Below are positions 13,278 to 25,008 of a stretch of 64,000 nt of DNA, in pieces. Within the stretch, counting starts at the first letter, position 1; each line of letters begins with the position of its first letter. A program made the position numbers and the translations under genes. Source of the stretch: Phoronis australis (Eukaryota > Animalia > Phoronida); the NCBI GenBank assembly GCA_002633005.1, contig NMRA01000011.1:1771275-1835274 (forward strand). Reading direction: 5' to 3'. The notes beneath the pieces were generated by a model, which saw nothing but the letters and a program-made list of their open reading frames with translations, was not told where the DNA came from and searched no databases.

Positions 13278-13911
13278 GTAAGGATAAGAGCTATAACTGT
13301 ACATAATTTTTCAATTGCAGCTCTGGGTCAGTTTTTGTTTAAAGAATTCATTTTTTGCTAATTTTCATTCTCAGAAAATGTAAGACTAACACCAAATCTG
13401 TACTTAAAAATGCTTCTTGCCTATATTTCGTGATACAAGATACCAAAGTCACGCAGTAGCTTAACGTACATTTGGATGGACATTTATGCAAACTATGTGT
13501 CTTACCACCTCGCATAACTTTTTGTGTGGTTTAAAAACGGTTCAAATATCTAAAATACTCTCATTTGTTTTCACTTCTTTGATAAAACGTTCATATAGTA
13601 TTTTGGTTATTAACGAAAATTTGGTGAGCAGAAATGAAGTTGAATGTGTTCACTAAAAACCAAATTCGCACAAGATTCATTAGACGTGAACAGAAAAACT
13701 AGGGCAATGTAACTTTTGTGCATCAGTAGATTGTTTTATCAAAGGTCGATAGCCCAGTCATATACTAAGCTAAGACAATTGCAGGCATTCACCAGCCAAG
13801 ATGATGCCGCATTTTCGTGAGAATGAACCATTCCTACACACACGAGACATGAACGAAGTGATCGTGGTTTACAAAAGTCATTAAGAAACAGAGCCATTCA
13901 AAAACAACTAA

Positions 13912-14194
13912 TATTAAAATCTCTTGGTCTGTTTACACCGACTCCTTATCTATGTTCATTTTCACATATTCGGTCGGTCTATTCTCCGGCTATCGTCAGG
14001 TGTTCCTGTGTTCTTAGAACGAGCACGGACAGTATATCATCAGAAGTTGCACCATGATGAGTGTACCACATACCCGTGCTCGTTCTTCTAAGTACGCAGG
14101 AACACTTGACGATGGCCGGAGAATAGACCTACCGAAACGCCGTGACAATGTAAATTGACAGGATGTCGGTGTAAAAAACCAAGAGATTTTAATA
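13912..14194. repeat. Palindromic Penelope-type insert (copy of 10817-11099)
   Basis: Near-identical to 10817-11099. Confidence 0.75.
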
Positions 14195-14803
14195 ATAAAT
14201 GTAACACGTCACCACCTCAGAGAGGTTTTACAAAGTCATTCAAAACAATTGTATCAATTATTTTGCCAAACGTGGCCGAATGTCATGAAAGGACCGTCTC
14301 ACCTAAGAACATGCGTACGAGTTTGCAAGTGGCCCAGATAATTATGACAACTCACAGCGTACCCCAAACACTACAGATTTATGAGCTATTTGCGTTCGAA
14401 GGCTGTTCAAAGTTGATCATGGGCAGTAGAACCCATTGATTGCTTATTGTTCGTATTCATATGCTAGCAAGGCGGTCAATGCTTTAGAGCTGACTTACCA
14501 AACCTTAAAAATAATAGTTGACCCATATCACGATTATACCAGTGTTTCACAGTCTAGTGGGCATTGTCTGTCTAAAGGAAAGGTCCTCATTGCCAAATTT
14601 CTCCTGATTTACTCCATTTTTAAAGACAAGCCCACTCATGCGTTTACTAAAACGTCAAATCCAAAACAAGAATCGTCAGAAGTGAACAGTAACGACATAG
14701 CACAGGGGTCGTTTTATCAATGCATGCATATCTATTGTTACACAGAGCAATCAGCTTTATTTCATTCATAGACTCTTGCGCACATACGTTGACTATTTTA
14801 CAG

Positions 14804-14848
14804 GGAGGAATATTTCTGCACAACAAGTTCCCTATCGCAGATATGAAG
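14804..14848 (+). CDS. Array exon 7, GRNISAQQVPYRRYE
   Basis: ttttacag / gtaagg, 45 nt, phase 1-1 open. Confidence 0.75.
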
Positions 14849-15483
14849 GTAAGGATAAGAGCTATAACTGTACATAATTTTTCAATTGCAGCTCTGGGTC
14901 AGTTTTTGTTTAAAGAATTCATTTTTTGCTAATTTTCATTGTCAGAAAATGTAAGACTAACACCAAATCTGTACTTAAAAATGCTTCTTGCCTATATTTC
15001 GTGATACAAGATACCAAAGTCACGCAGTAGCTTAACGTACATTTGGCTGGACATTTATGGAAACTATGTGTCTTACCACCTCGCATAACTTTTTGTGTGG
15101 TTTAAAAACGGTTCAAATATATAAAATACTCTCATTTGTTTTCACTTCTTTGATAAAACGTTCACATAGTATTTTGGTTATTAACGAAAATTTGGTGAGC
15201 AGAAATGAAGTTGAATGTATTCACTAAAAAAACAAATTCGCACAAGATTCATTAGACGTGAACAGAAAAACTAGTTCAACGTAACTTTTTTGCATCAGTA
15301 GATTGTTTTATCAAAGGTCGATAGCCCAGTCATATACAAAGCTAAGACAATTGCAGGCATTCACCAGCCAAGATGATGCCGCATTTTCGTGAGAATGAAC
15401 CATTCCTACACACACGAGACATGAACGAAGTGATCGTGGTTTACAAAAGTCATTAAGAAACAGAGCCATTCAAAAACAACTAA

Positions 15484-15746
15484 TATTAAAATCTCTTGGT
15501 CTGTTTACACCGACTCCTTATCTATGTTCATTTTCACATATTCGGTCGGTCTATTCTCCGGCTATCGTCAGGTGTTCCTGTGTTCTTAGAACGAGCACGG
15601 ACAGTATATCATCAGAAGTTGCACCGTGATGAGTGTACCACATACCCGTGCTCGTTCTTGTAAGAACGCAGGAACACCTGACGATGGCCGGAGAATAAAC
15701 CTACCGAAAAGTCGTAACAATGTAAATAGACCAAGAGATTTTAATA
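15484..15746. repeat. Palindromic Penelope-type insert, mosaic copy
   Basis: Left arm as in the 10817 copy; right arm (with short deletion) as in the 12358 copy. Confidence 0.75.
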
Positions 15747-16364
15747 AAAAATGTAACACGTCACCACCTCAGAGAGGGTTTAGAAAATCATTCAAAAACA
15801 ATTGTATCAATTATTTTGCCAAACGTGGCAGAATGTCATGATAGGACCGTCTCAGCTAAGAACATGCGTACGACTTTGCAAGTGGCCCAGATAATTGTGA
15901 CAACTCACAGCGTACTCCAAACACTACAGGTTTATGAGCTATTTGCGTTCGAAGGCTGTTCAAAGTTGATCATGCGCAGTAGAACGCATTGATTGCTTAT
16001 TGTTTGTATTCATATGCTAGCAAAACGGTCAATGCTTTAGAGCTGACTTAGCAATCCTTAAAAATAATAGTTGCCCCATATCACGATTGTGTCAGTGTTT
16101 CACAGTCGACTGGGCATTGTCAGGCCCTCATTGCCAAATTTCTCCTGCTTTACTCCATTTTTTAAAGACAAGGCTTTGTCACAGAAAGAGGAAATTGACT
16201 ATTAAGTCGATATTTACTGTTCGGTTCACGGAAACTGGCAAGCATTTCGTGCTGGTGTTCGTTTGAAAAATTCAAAGCATTCTCATTTCTTAAACCTCCT
16301 TGGTTACACAGAACAATCAGCTTGCTTCAAGGACCTTTTTGCACATACGTGAACTATTTTTCAG

Positions 16365-16406
16365 GAAGGAATGTTTCTATACAAGTTCCCTATCCCAGTT
16401 ACGACG
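16365..16406 (+). CDS. Array exon 8, GRNVSIQVPYPSYD
   Basis: tttttcag / gtaagg, 42 nt, phase 1-1 open. Confidence 0.75.
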
Positions 16407-16937
16407 GTAAGGATAGGACCTTAACCTGTTCACCAATTTTCGATTCCAGCTCTGTCTCAGGTTTTAGAGAATTTCAGTTTTTTGATTATTTTCATCGTCA
16501 GAAAATGTAAGACTAACACCAAACCTGTCATTTAAAAGTATCATGTTTTGGCTATATTTCCTGGTACAGTACCACAATCACACAATAGGATAACGTAGTC
16601 GGACAGTTTTAGAAACTGTGTAACTTGCCTCGTCGCACAACTATACATGCAGTTTTATTTCAGGCACGACTTTGTTTATTTCAAGAAAATTTGTGACCAG
16701 AACTGAAGGTGAAATGTTTATCTGCGGATAGATGTCGATTGACTGTTTCAGCCTTACTACAAGCCCACTCATGCGTTTACTAAAACGTCAAATTCAAAAC
16801 AAGAATAGTTAGAAGTGAACAATAACGACATAGCACAGGGGGCAGTTTTATCAATTCTTGCATATCTGTTGTTACACAGAGCAATCAGCTTTATTTCATT
16901 GATTGACTCTTGTGCACATCTGTTGACTATTTTTCAG

Positions 16938-16979
16938 GGAGGAATATTTCTTCACAAGTTCCCTATACCAGCTATGAAG
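16938..16979 (+). CDS. Array exon 9, GRNISSQVPYTSYE
   Basis: tttttcag / gtaagg, 42 nt, phase 1-1 open. Confidence 0.75.
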
Positions 16980-18249
16980 GTAAGGGTAGGAGTTATAACT
17001 GTATATAATTTTTAAATTGCAGCTCTGAGTCAGTTTGTGTATAAATATTTCATTTATCCTCATTTCCATAGTCAGAAAACGTAACACTAACGCCAAAGCT
17101 GTACCTAAGAGTAATGCTGCCTATAATACGTGGTGCAGTACTAAAATCATGCCATAGCATAACCTAGCTCATTCACATTGATGGAAACTAAGCGACTTAC
17201 CACCTCGCAGAACTGTTTTTTGTCGATAGTTGAAAGATAAAAACGTACTCATGTTTTCATTTCTTTGATAAAACATTTTTAAGCACAACTTTTAGCTATT
17301 AACCCACAATTGGTGAACAGAAATGAAGTTGAAAAGGTTGTGTGCGTATAAAAGGTGAGTCACTGTTTTGGCCCAAGTACAAGCAGACTGATGTGTGCAC
17401 AAAAACAAATTCATACAAGATTCATTTGAAGTGAACAGAGAAGACAGGGTACAATAACCTTTGTGCCTAGTAGATAGTTTTATCAAAGGTCGATAGCCTG
17501 GTCATGTATAAAGCTAGCTAAGTCTCAGCGTTTCATGACCGATGATGATGATGCAATTTTGTAAGAATAAAATGTTTTTACTTACGTGGGACATGATCGT
17601 AGTTTATATTAAATAAGGGCACCCCTCAAGAAACGCGTGTATGGATTGAGTTATTTTGCGAATGGTAGCAGAACATCATGATGTGACCGTCTTAGCTAAG
17701 TACTGGAGCAAAACCTTAGACAAAGCCCAGATATTTATTCCCAACTCACACTGTACGCCAAACATTGCATATTTGTAAAGTATCTGTGTTCGAAGGCTAC
17801 TCAAACTTGATTATGCGGAGTAAATCGCATTGAATTCTTGTTGTTGTTAGAGTCATACACTTGCCAAGCAGTCAGTTTTGCTGTAGACCTAACCTACCAA
17901 TCATTGAAAGCAACAGTTGAACCATCTCACGATCTATATGAGCGTTTAAATGTACTGTGTGCGTTGTCCTTCTGAAGGCAACGATCGTCATTGTCGCATT
18001 TCAACTGCTTTCCTCGATTTTCAAGAACAAGTAAGCTTTGTCACAGAAAGAAAATATTGACAATTAAGTCGATTTTCACTATTCGGTTCACGGAAAACGA
18101 CAAGCATGATTATAGTGTTGATTTTCGTCTTTAAAATTCAAAATATTCTCAATTAATGCAAATCTATTGTTACACAGAGCAATCAAGTTTGTTCCATTCA
18201 TAGACTTTCTTGCACATACACCTGTACATGTACGTTGGCTATTTTTCAG

Positions 18250-18294
18250 GGTGGAATACTTCTATACCTCAAGTTACCCATCCCAGCTATATAG
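18250..18294 (+). CDS. Array exon 10, GWNTSIPQVTHPSYI
   Basis: tttttcag / gtgagg, 45 nt, phase 1-1 open. Confidence 0.75.
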   Translation, partial: GGILLYLKLPIPAI

Positions 18295-18891
18295 GTGAGG
18301 ATTAGGAGATAAAACTTGTCAAAATCTTGCAGTCGCAGCTTTGTCTCAGTTTTTGGATCACGATTTCGGGTTTTTTTCTGATTTTCTTTGTCAGCAAACG
18401 TAACACCAACTAGAAACCCGCACTTAAAAATACTGGTTTAATGCTTACATTACGTCGTACAGTTCCAAAATTACGCAATAGCATAACGTACAGTAGCAGG
18501 ACAGTTTAGAAAAAGTATGTAACTTGGCACCTAGCACAACTGTGTATGCGGTTTTTACGTAGTTGAAACCTTTAAGACATATTTACATGTTTTCACGTCT
18601 TTGATATAACATTTTTCAAGCACTACTTTGATTGTTAACTGATAACTGGTGAGCCGAACTGAGTGTGGAAACGTTATCTGCGGATAGAAGTCGATTGACT
18701 GTTTCAGCCTTACTACAAGCCCACTCATGCCGTTTCTAAAACGTCAAATTCAAAACAAGAATCGTCAGAAGTGAACAGTAACGACATAGCACAGAGGGTC
18801 GCTTTTTCAATGCATGCATATCGTTGTAGACAGAGCAATCAGCTTTATTTCATTCATAGACTCTTGTGCACATACGTTGACTATTTTTCAG

Positions 18892-18936
18892 GGAGGAATA
18901 TTTCTGCACAACAAGTTCCCTATCCCAGCTATGAAG
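18892..18936 (+). CDS. Array exon 11, GRNISAQQVPYPSYE
   Basis: tttttcag / gtaagg, 45 nt, phase 1-1 open. Confidence 0.75.
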
Positions 18937-19571
18937 GTAAGGATAAGAGCTATAACTCTACATAAGTTGTCGATTGCAGCTCTGGGTCAGTTTTTGTTTA
19001 AAGAATTCATTTTTTGCTAATTTTCATTGTCAGAAAACGTAAGACTAACACCAAAGCTGTACTTAAAAATGCTTCTTGCCTATATTACGTGGTACATGAT
19101 ACCAAAGTCACGCAGTAGCTTAACGTACATTTAGCTGAACAGTTATGGAAACTATGTGTCTTACCACCTCACATAACTGTTTGTGTGGTTTACAAACTGT
19201 TCAAATATATAAAATACTCTCATTTGTTTTCACTTCTTTGATAAAACGTTCACATAGTATTTTGGTTATTAACGAAAATTTGGTGAGCAGAAATGAAGTT
19301 GAATGTATTCACTAAAAAAACAAATTCGCACAAGATTCATTAGACGTGAACAGAAAAACTAGTTCAACGTAACTTTTTTGCATCAGTAGATTGTTTTATC
19401 AAAGGTCGATAGCCCAGTCATATACAAAGCTAAGACAATTGCAGGCATTCACCAGCCAAGATGATGCCGCATTTTCGTGAGAATGAACCATTCCTACACA
19501 CACGAGACATGAACGAAGTGATCGTGGTTTGCAAAAGTCATTAAGAAACAGAGCCATTCAAAAACAACTAA

Positions 19572-19855
19572 TATTAAAATCTCTTGGTCTGTTTACACCG
19601 ACTTCTTGTCTATTTTCATTGTCACTACGTTTCGGTCGGTCTATTCTCGGCTATCGTCAGGTGTTCCTGTGTTCTTAGAACGAGCACGGACAGTATATCA
19701 TCAGAAGTCGCACCATCATGAGTGTACCACATACCTGTGCTCGTTCTTCTAAGAACGCAGGAACACCTGACGATGTCCGGAGAATAGACCTACCGAAACG
19801 TCGTGACAATGTAAATGGACAAGATGTCGGTGTAAAAGACCAAGAGATTTTAATA
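19572..19855. repeat. Palindromic Penelope-type insert, best-preserved copy
   Basis: ~125-bp inverted arms; hammerhead core recognisable on both strands. Confidence 0.8.
19764..19805 (+). ncRNA. Minimal type I hammerhead ribozyme-like motif (stem II imperfect)
   Basis: CAC-CTGACGA-tgtccggagaatagacctacc-GAAAC-GTC-GTG: catalytic core, palindromic ACGT stem III, 3-bp stem I. Confidence 0.55.
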
Positions 19856-20484
19856 ATAAATGTAACACGTCACCACCTCAGAGAGGTTTTAGAAAGTCAT
19901 TCAAAAACAATTGTATCAATTATCTTGCCAAACGTGGCCGAATGTCATGAAAGGACCGTCTCAGCTAAGAACATGCGTACGAGTTTGCAAGTGGCCCAGA
20001 TAATTATGACATCTCACAGCGTACTCCAAACACTACAGGTTTATGAGCTATTTGCGTTCGAAGGCTGTTCAAAGTTGATCATGCGCAGTAGAACGCATTG
20101 ATTGCTTATTGTTAGTAGTCATATGCTAGCAAGGCGGTCAATGCTTTAGAGCTGACTTACCAATCCTTAAAAATAATAGTTGACCCACATCACGATTATA
20201 CCAGTGTTTCACAGTCTAGTGGGCATTGTCTGTCCAAAGGAAAGGTCCTCATTGCCAAATTTCTCCTGCTTTACTCCATTTTTAAAGACAAGGCTTTGTC
20301 ACAGAAAGAGAAAATTGAAAATTAAGTCGATATTTACTGTTCGTTTCACGGAAAATGGCAAGAATTTCGTGCTGGTGTTCGTTTGAAAAACTCAAAGCAT
20401 TCTCATTTCTTAAACCTCCTTGGTTACACAGACCATTCAGCTTGTTTCATGGATCTTGTTGCAAATACGTGGACTATTTTTCAG

Positions 20485-20526
20485 GAAGGAATGTTTCTAT
20501 ACAAGTTCCCCATCCCAGCTACGAAG
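20485..20526 (+). CDS. Array exon 12, GRNVSIQVPHPSYE
   Basis: tttttcag / gtaagg, 42 nt, phase 1-1 open. Confidence 0.75.
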
Positions 20527-21343
20527 GTAAGGATAAGACCTTAACCTGTTTACAAATTTTCGATTCCAGCTCTGTCTCAGGTTTTAGATAATTTCAGATT
20601 TTTGCTTATTTTCATTGTCAGAATATGTAAGACTAACACCTAACCTGTCATTTAAAAGTTATCATGTTTTGGCTATATTTCCTGGTACAGTGTCATAATC
20701 ACGCCATAGCATAGCGAAGCTGGACAGTTGTAGAAACCTTTCACTTACCGCCCTGAAGAACTGTGTATTTGGTTTTTAAAATTGTTCAAACATATAAAAC
20801 TAACTTGCATGGTTTTATGTTTTGATAAAACGCTTTTCAAGAACAATTTTGGACGTGGCCCAGGTACGTTTCACATCTCACAGCATACTCCAAACACTGC
20901 GTGTTTTAAGCTGCTCCGTTGGAAGTCTGCTCCAACTTGATCATTCGCAGTGAAAAATAATGATTGCTTATTGTTCGTAAAGCGGCCAATGCTTAAGACC
21001 TATCTTGTCAATCAATGAAGGTAACAGCTGACTCATCTCACGATTGTATCAGCGCTTTTCACACGTGTGATCGATGTCCATCTGAAAGAAAAGTCCTCAT
21101 TCCAAATTTCCCCTGCTTTACTCGATTTTTGAGGACAGAGTTTTGCCACAGAAAGAGAAAATTGACAAGTCAATTTTTACTGTTCGGTTCAAGGAAAGGG
21201 GCGAGAATTTCAACTTGGTTTTCGTTCAAAAAATTCAAAAGATTCTCAGTTCATACAAATCCGTTTTTACACTTACCAATCAGCTTTGTTTCATTGATGG
21301 ACACTTTTTCTCATACATGTACTGTACGTTGGGTATTTTACAG

Positions 21344-21385
21344 GGAGAAATGTTTCTGTACAAATTCCCCATCGCAGTAATGAAG
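21344..21385 (+). CDS. Array exon 13, GRNVSVQIPHRSNE
   Basis: ttttacag / gtaagg, 42 nt, phase 1-1 open. Confidence 0.7.
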
Positions 21386-22588
21386 GTAAGGATACAAGCT
21401 AAACCTGTTGATACATTTTGGGTTCCAGCTCTGTCTCAGTTTTTTGATATTGATTTCAGAATTGTCAGAAAACGTAAGACTAACTACACCAAACCTGTAA
21501 TTAAAAGTTACGTTTTTGGCTATGTTACGTAGTGCAGTACCAAAATCACGCCACAGCATAGCGTAGGTGGACTGCAGTTATAGAAAACTTGTGTCTTAAC
21601 ACCACGCAGGCCTGTGCATTTGTTTTTTTTTAAATTGTTCGCGTATATAAAACGAACTCATATGTTTTAATTTGTGATGAAATGCTATTCAAGCGTAATT
21701 TGGTTATTGACCGAAATTTGGGGAACAAAACTTGGAGTTGAAAACGTATTATTCGGTTCAAATTGAGGTCAGTGCGTCACCCCTAATAGGGGCGAACTCG
21801 GGTATTCACTAAAAAGTCAAATTCACACAAGATTCAATAGAAGTGAACAGGAAAGACAGAGCAAAATAATTTTTTTGCATCAGGGTGTAGTTTTATCAAA
21901 GATCGATAGCCTGGTCGTATATGAAGCTAGATAGTCGCAGCATTAACCAGCCAAAAGATGTTGCACCATTTTTATAAGCACGAAACATTCCTACTGATCG
22001 ACGTGAGTCATGTTTGTTGGTTACATTAAAAACGACACCTTTAAAAAAACAAGTGTACGATTTATTTGGCCAATCGTGTAAAGAATATCATGACACGAGT
22101 GTCTCAGCTAAGAACAGGCGAAATACATTTGGCCCAGATATTTATCACACGTCACAGCGTACTCCAAGCACTGCATATTTATAAAATATCTGTGTTTGAA
22201 GACTGCTCCAAGGTGACTATATACAGTAAATGCATTGTTGTTCGTAGAGTCATGTACTTGCCAAGCAGTCAAATCTGTAGGCCCAACTATCCAGTCACTG
22301 TTCAGAAGATAGTGGTTGACTCGTCTCACGATTTTTACCAGCGTTCCACACTCGTGTGTACGTTGATCATCTGCTTTCCTCAATTTTCGAGGACAACAGC
22401 TTTGCCACAGTAAGAGAAAATTAAGTCGATTTTCGCAGTTAAGTTTAAGGGAGATGGCAAGAATTTCGTGTTGATTTTCGTTTGAAAAATTCAAAGTTTT
22501 CTCACTTCATGCAAATCCGTTGTTACACAGAACAATCTGCTTTGTTTCATTCATAGACCCTCTTGCAATTACGTTGGCTATTTTTCAG

Positions 22589-22624
22589 GATCGAATATTT
22601 CTGTTTCCCATACCACATATGAAG
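22589..22624 (+). CDS. Array exon 14, GSNISVSHTTYE
   Basis: tttttcag / gtaagc, 36 nt (frame-preserving deletion), phase 1-1 open. Confidence 0.7.
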
Positions 22625-22856
22625 GTAAGCATAGGAGCTAAATTTGTTCATGATTTTTCTGTTGTGTCTCTGTCTCAATTTTGGATCACGATTTCAGTTT
22701 TGTGCTCATTTTTATCAGAAACCCTCCCAAGAACTACACGAAACCCGTGCTTATAAATAATGATTATTCTTATATTACCTAGTATAGTAACAAAATCACG
22801 CCATAGCATAACGTATACGGACAGCCTATAGAAACTACGTGACTTACTACTGGCAA

Positions 22857-22858
<2 letters not shown>

Positions 22859-22897
<39 letters not shown>

Positions 22898-22926
22898 AGC
22901 GTGTGTGCGCGCGCGCGTGTGTGTGT
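22859..22926. repeat. (GT)n/(GC)n microsatellite
   Basis: Direct reading. Confidence 0.95.
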
Positions 22927-23897
22927 TATTTTAAACCGTTGAACGTTCTTATTACGTACTCTTCGATAAAGCGTTTTTCAAGCACAATTTTGGTTATAGC
23001 AGAGATTGGGGATTGTTGAACAAAATTGAAGTTGAAAAATGTGATTTTTGGTTAAAACTCAACCCTAGTTCAGGCAGACTCAAGTGTTCACTAAAAAGAC
23101 AAATTCACCCAAGATTCATTAGAAGAGCGAACAGGAAAGACAATGCACAATAACTTGTGTGCTTAGTCAGGGTCGTTTTTTCAAAGGTCGATAGCTTGGT
23201 GATAATGAAGCTAAGACAGTCATAGGCATTCACTAGGGAAGATGCCACCGCATTTTTGTAAGAATGAAACACTCATACTGAAATGAGACATGACGATATT
23301 AAGAAAACGACACTCTTAAAGCAACTTACACATGTACATGTATGAGTTATCTTAGCAATCGTGGCAGAATGGTAATAAGATACGACCACCTTAGCTAAGA
23401 TGAGGTGTAAGAACTTTGACAAGGCTCAGGTATCTATTACAACTCACACTGCACTCCAAACATTGCATATTTGTAAAACAGCAGGGATTGAGGGCTGCTC
23501 AAAGTTGATTATGCGGAGTAAATCGCATTGACTCTTTAATTTTTCGTTGAGTCATGAACTCGCGAAGCGCTCAAAGCTGTAGACCTAACTTACCAATCAC
23601 TGAAGAAAACCCTTGACCCATTAAACGATAATAACCAGCGTTTCACATTCGTGCATCCGCTTTCCATCTGAAGGAAACTGCGCTCATTGCCAAATTTCAC
23701 CTCCATTGCTAGATTTTCGAGGCTTTGCCACAGAAAGAGAAAATGGACAATTAGGTCTATTTTTACTCATCGGTTCACAGAAAGTGCAAAAATGTGTTGA
23801 TTTTTGTTTTCAAATTCAAAGTATTCGCAATTGATGCAAATTTGTTGCTGCCCAGGACCTTCTTGTAAACACGTTTATTACTCATGAAAGGGGAAAG

Positions 23898-23943
23898 GGG
23901 GGAAATTTTTTGGTACAATAAGTTCCCCATCCCAGCTATGAAT
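23898..23943 (+). pseudogene. Dead 15th array exon (pseudoexon)
   Basis: Pyrimidine tract replaced by purines; CAA>TAA at 23919; donor context degraded (aat|gtaaag). Confidence 0.7.
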
Positions 23944-24706
23944 GTAAAGATAAGAGTTAAAACTGTTCATAAGTTTTCGGTTGTAGCTATGTCTCACTTT
24001 TGGTTCACGATTTCAGTTTTTGCTGATTTCCTTTGTCAGAAAACGTAAGGCCAACACCAAACCGTGCTTAAAAGTAATGTCTAAATTACCCAGTACCGTA
24101 CCATAATCACGCCATAATATAAGGTAACTGGACAGCTAGATATAGCAACTTTGTGACTTACCACCTCACAACACTGTATTTGTTTTTTGAAACGGTTAAA
24201 ATTCCGGTTAAAATTCTGTTAACTGCTTCAGCAGCGGCAGACTCATGCCTTCACTAAAGAATCAAGTTCGCACAGGAGTCATTAGAAGAGAAAAGAAGAT
24301 ACAAAACAAAATAATCTTTGTACATCAAGGGGTCGTTTCATTGAAGGTTTAGCCCGATCATACATGTACCTAGTAAGCATGTTTAGTGAAGGTGACTCCG
24401 CATTTTTATGAAAATGAAAACCTCCTACTAAGGTGAGACATGATAATAGTTTGCATTCAAACAGGACAACCTCTTCATAAAACACGGAAAGGAATTTTCA
24501 ATCAATAGAACATCAGGATACGACAGTCTTAGCCGTAACACCAGGCTTAATACCTTTTAACACGAGGCCCAGATATTTATCACCCATCATAACGTACATG
24601 TACACCAAGGTCTGAATATACAATGTACAAAATGTGTGCGTTTGAAGACTTCACAAAATAAATTGTGTGTGTATCAAATAGTAATGACATCTTACAAACT
24701 TTTCAG

Positions 24707-24751
24707 CGGGACATGGTGTAGATGCAAGGTGTCAAAGCCCAAACACTGACG
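24707..24751 (+). CDS. Phase 1-1 exon after the array (AGHGVDARCQSPNTD)
   Basis: cttttcag / G|gtaaga, 45 nt, open in phase 1. Confidence 0.6.
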
Positions 24752-24785
24752 GTAAGAGTGGATCCACTTCACGTATCTTAGTGAC

Positions 24786-25008
24786 CCGCCTCCCGTTCAG
24801 TAACGCTAGGACCTCGCTAAAAAGCAAGACTTCGCGAGATTACGTGAGATATTGCCGTGTATTTTAAATGAGAACACGTGACTTTGACTAGCTAACGTGA
24901 GATATTGCTGTGTATTTTAAATGAGAACACGTGACTTTGACTCGCTAGCGTGTTTTAACTAGGTCCTAGCCTACATGTAGGTCCTAGCGTCTACTGAACG
25001 CACGCCCG
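24786..25008. mobile_element. MITE (TIR cgttcagtaacgctaggacc), internal ~54-bp duplication; relative at 57651-57781
   Basis: ttcagtaacgctaggacct...aggtcctagcgtctactgaa; same core in both copies. Confidence 0.7.

Larger units (their letters stand above)
6700..24680 (+). repeat. Tandem array of ~0.6-1.6 kb exon+intron units (15 units) with higher-order structure
   Basis: Recurring blocks (aagttccctatcccagctatgaaggtaagg; caaaggtcgatagcc; gtcagaaaacgtaagactaacacc); central units 10.1-16.3 kb nearly identical, edge units diverged. Confidence 0.97.

Noticed and set aside
8076-22756. Recurrent ORFs in the array (MHAYLLLHRAISF..., MIAYCSYSY..., MTGCRCKK...)
   Set aside because: They recur only because the DNA is duplicated. 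They cross splice sites and are broken by frameshifts between diverged units; only the phase-1 microexon is conserved.
6700-24680. CRISPR-like or prokaryotic repeat-spacer system
   Set aside because: Units are kb-sized homologous blocks without unique spacers; no cas genes; the context is eukaryotic.
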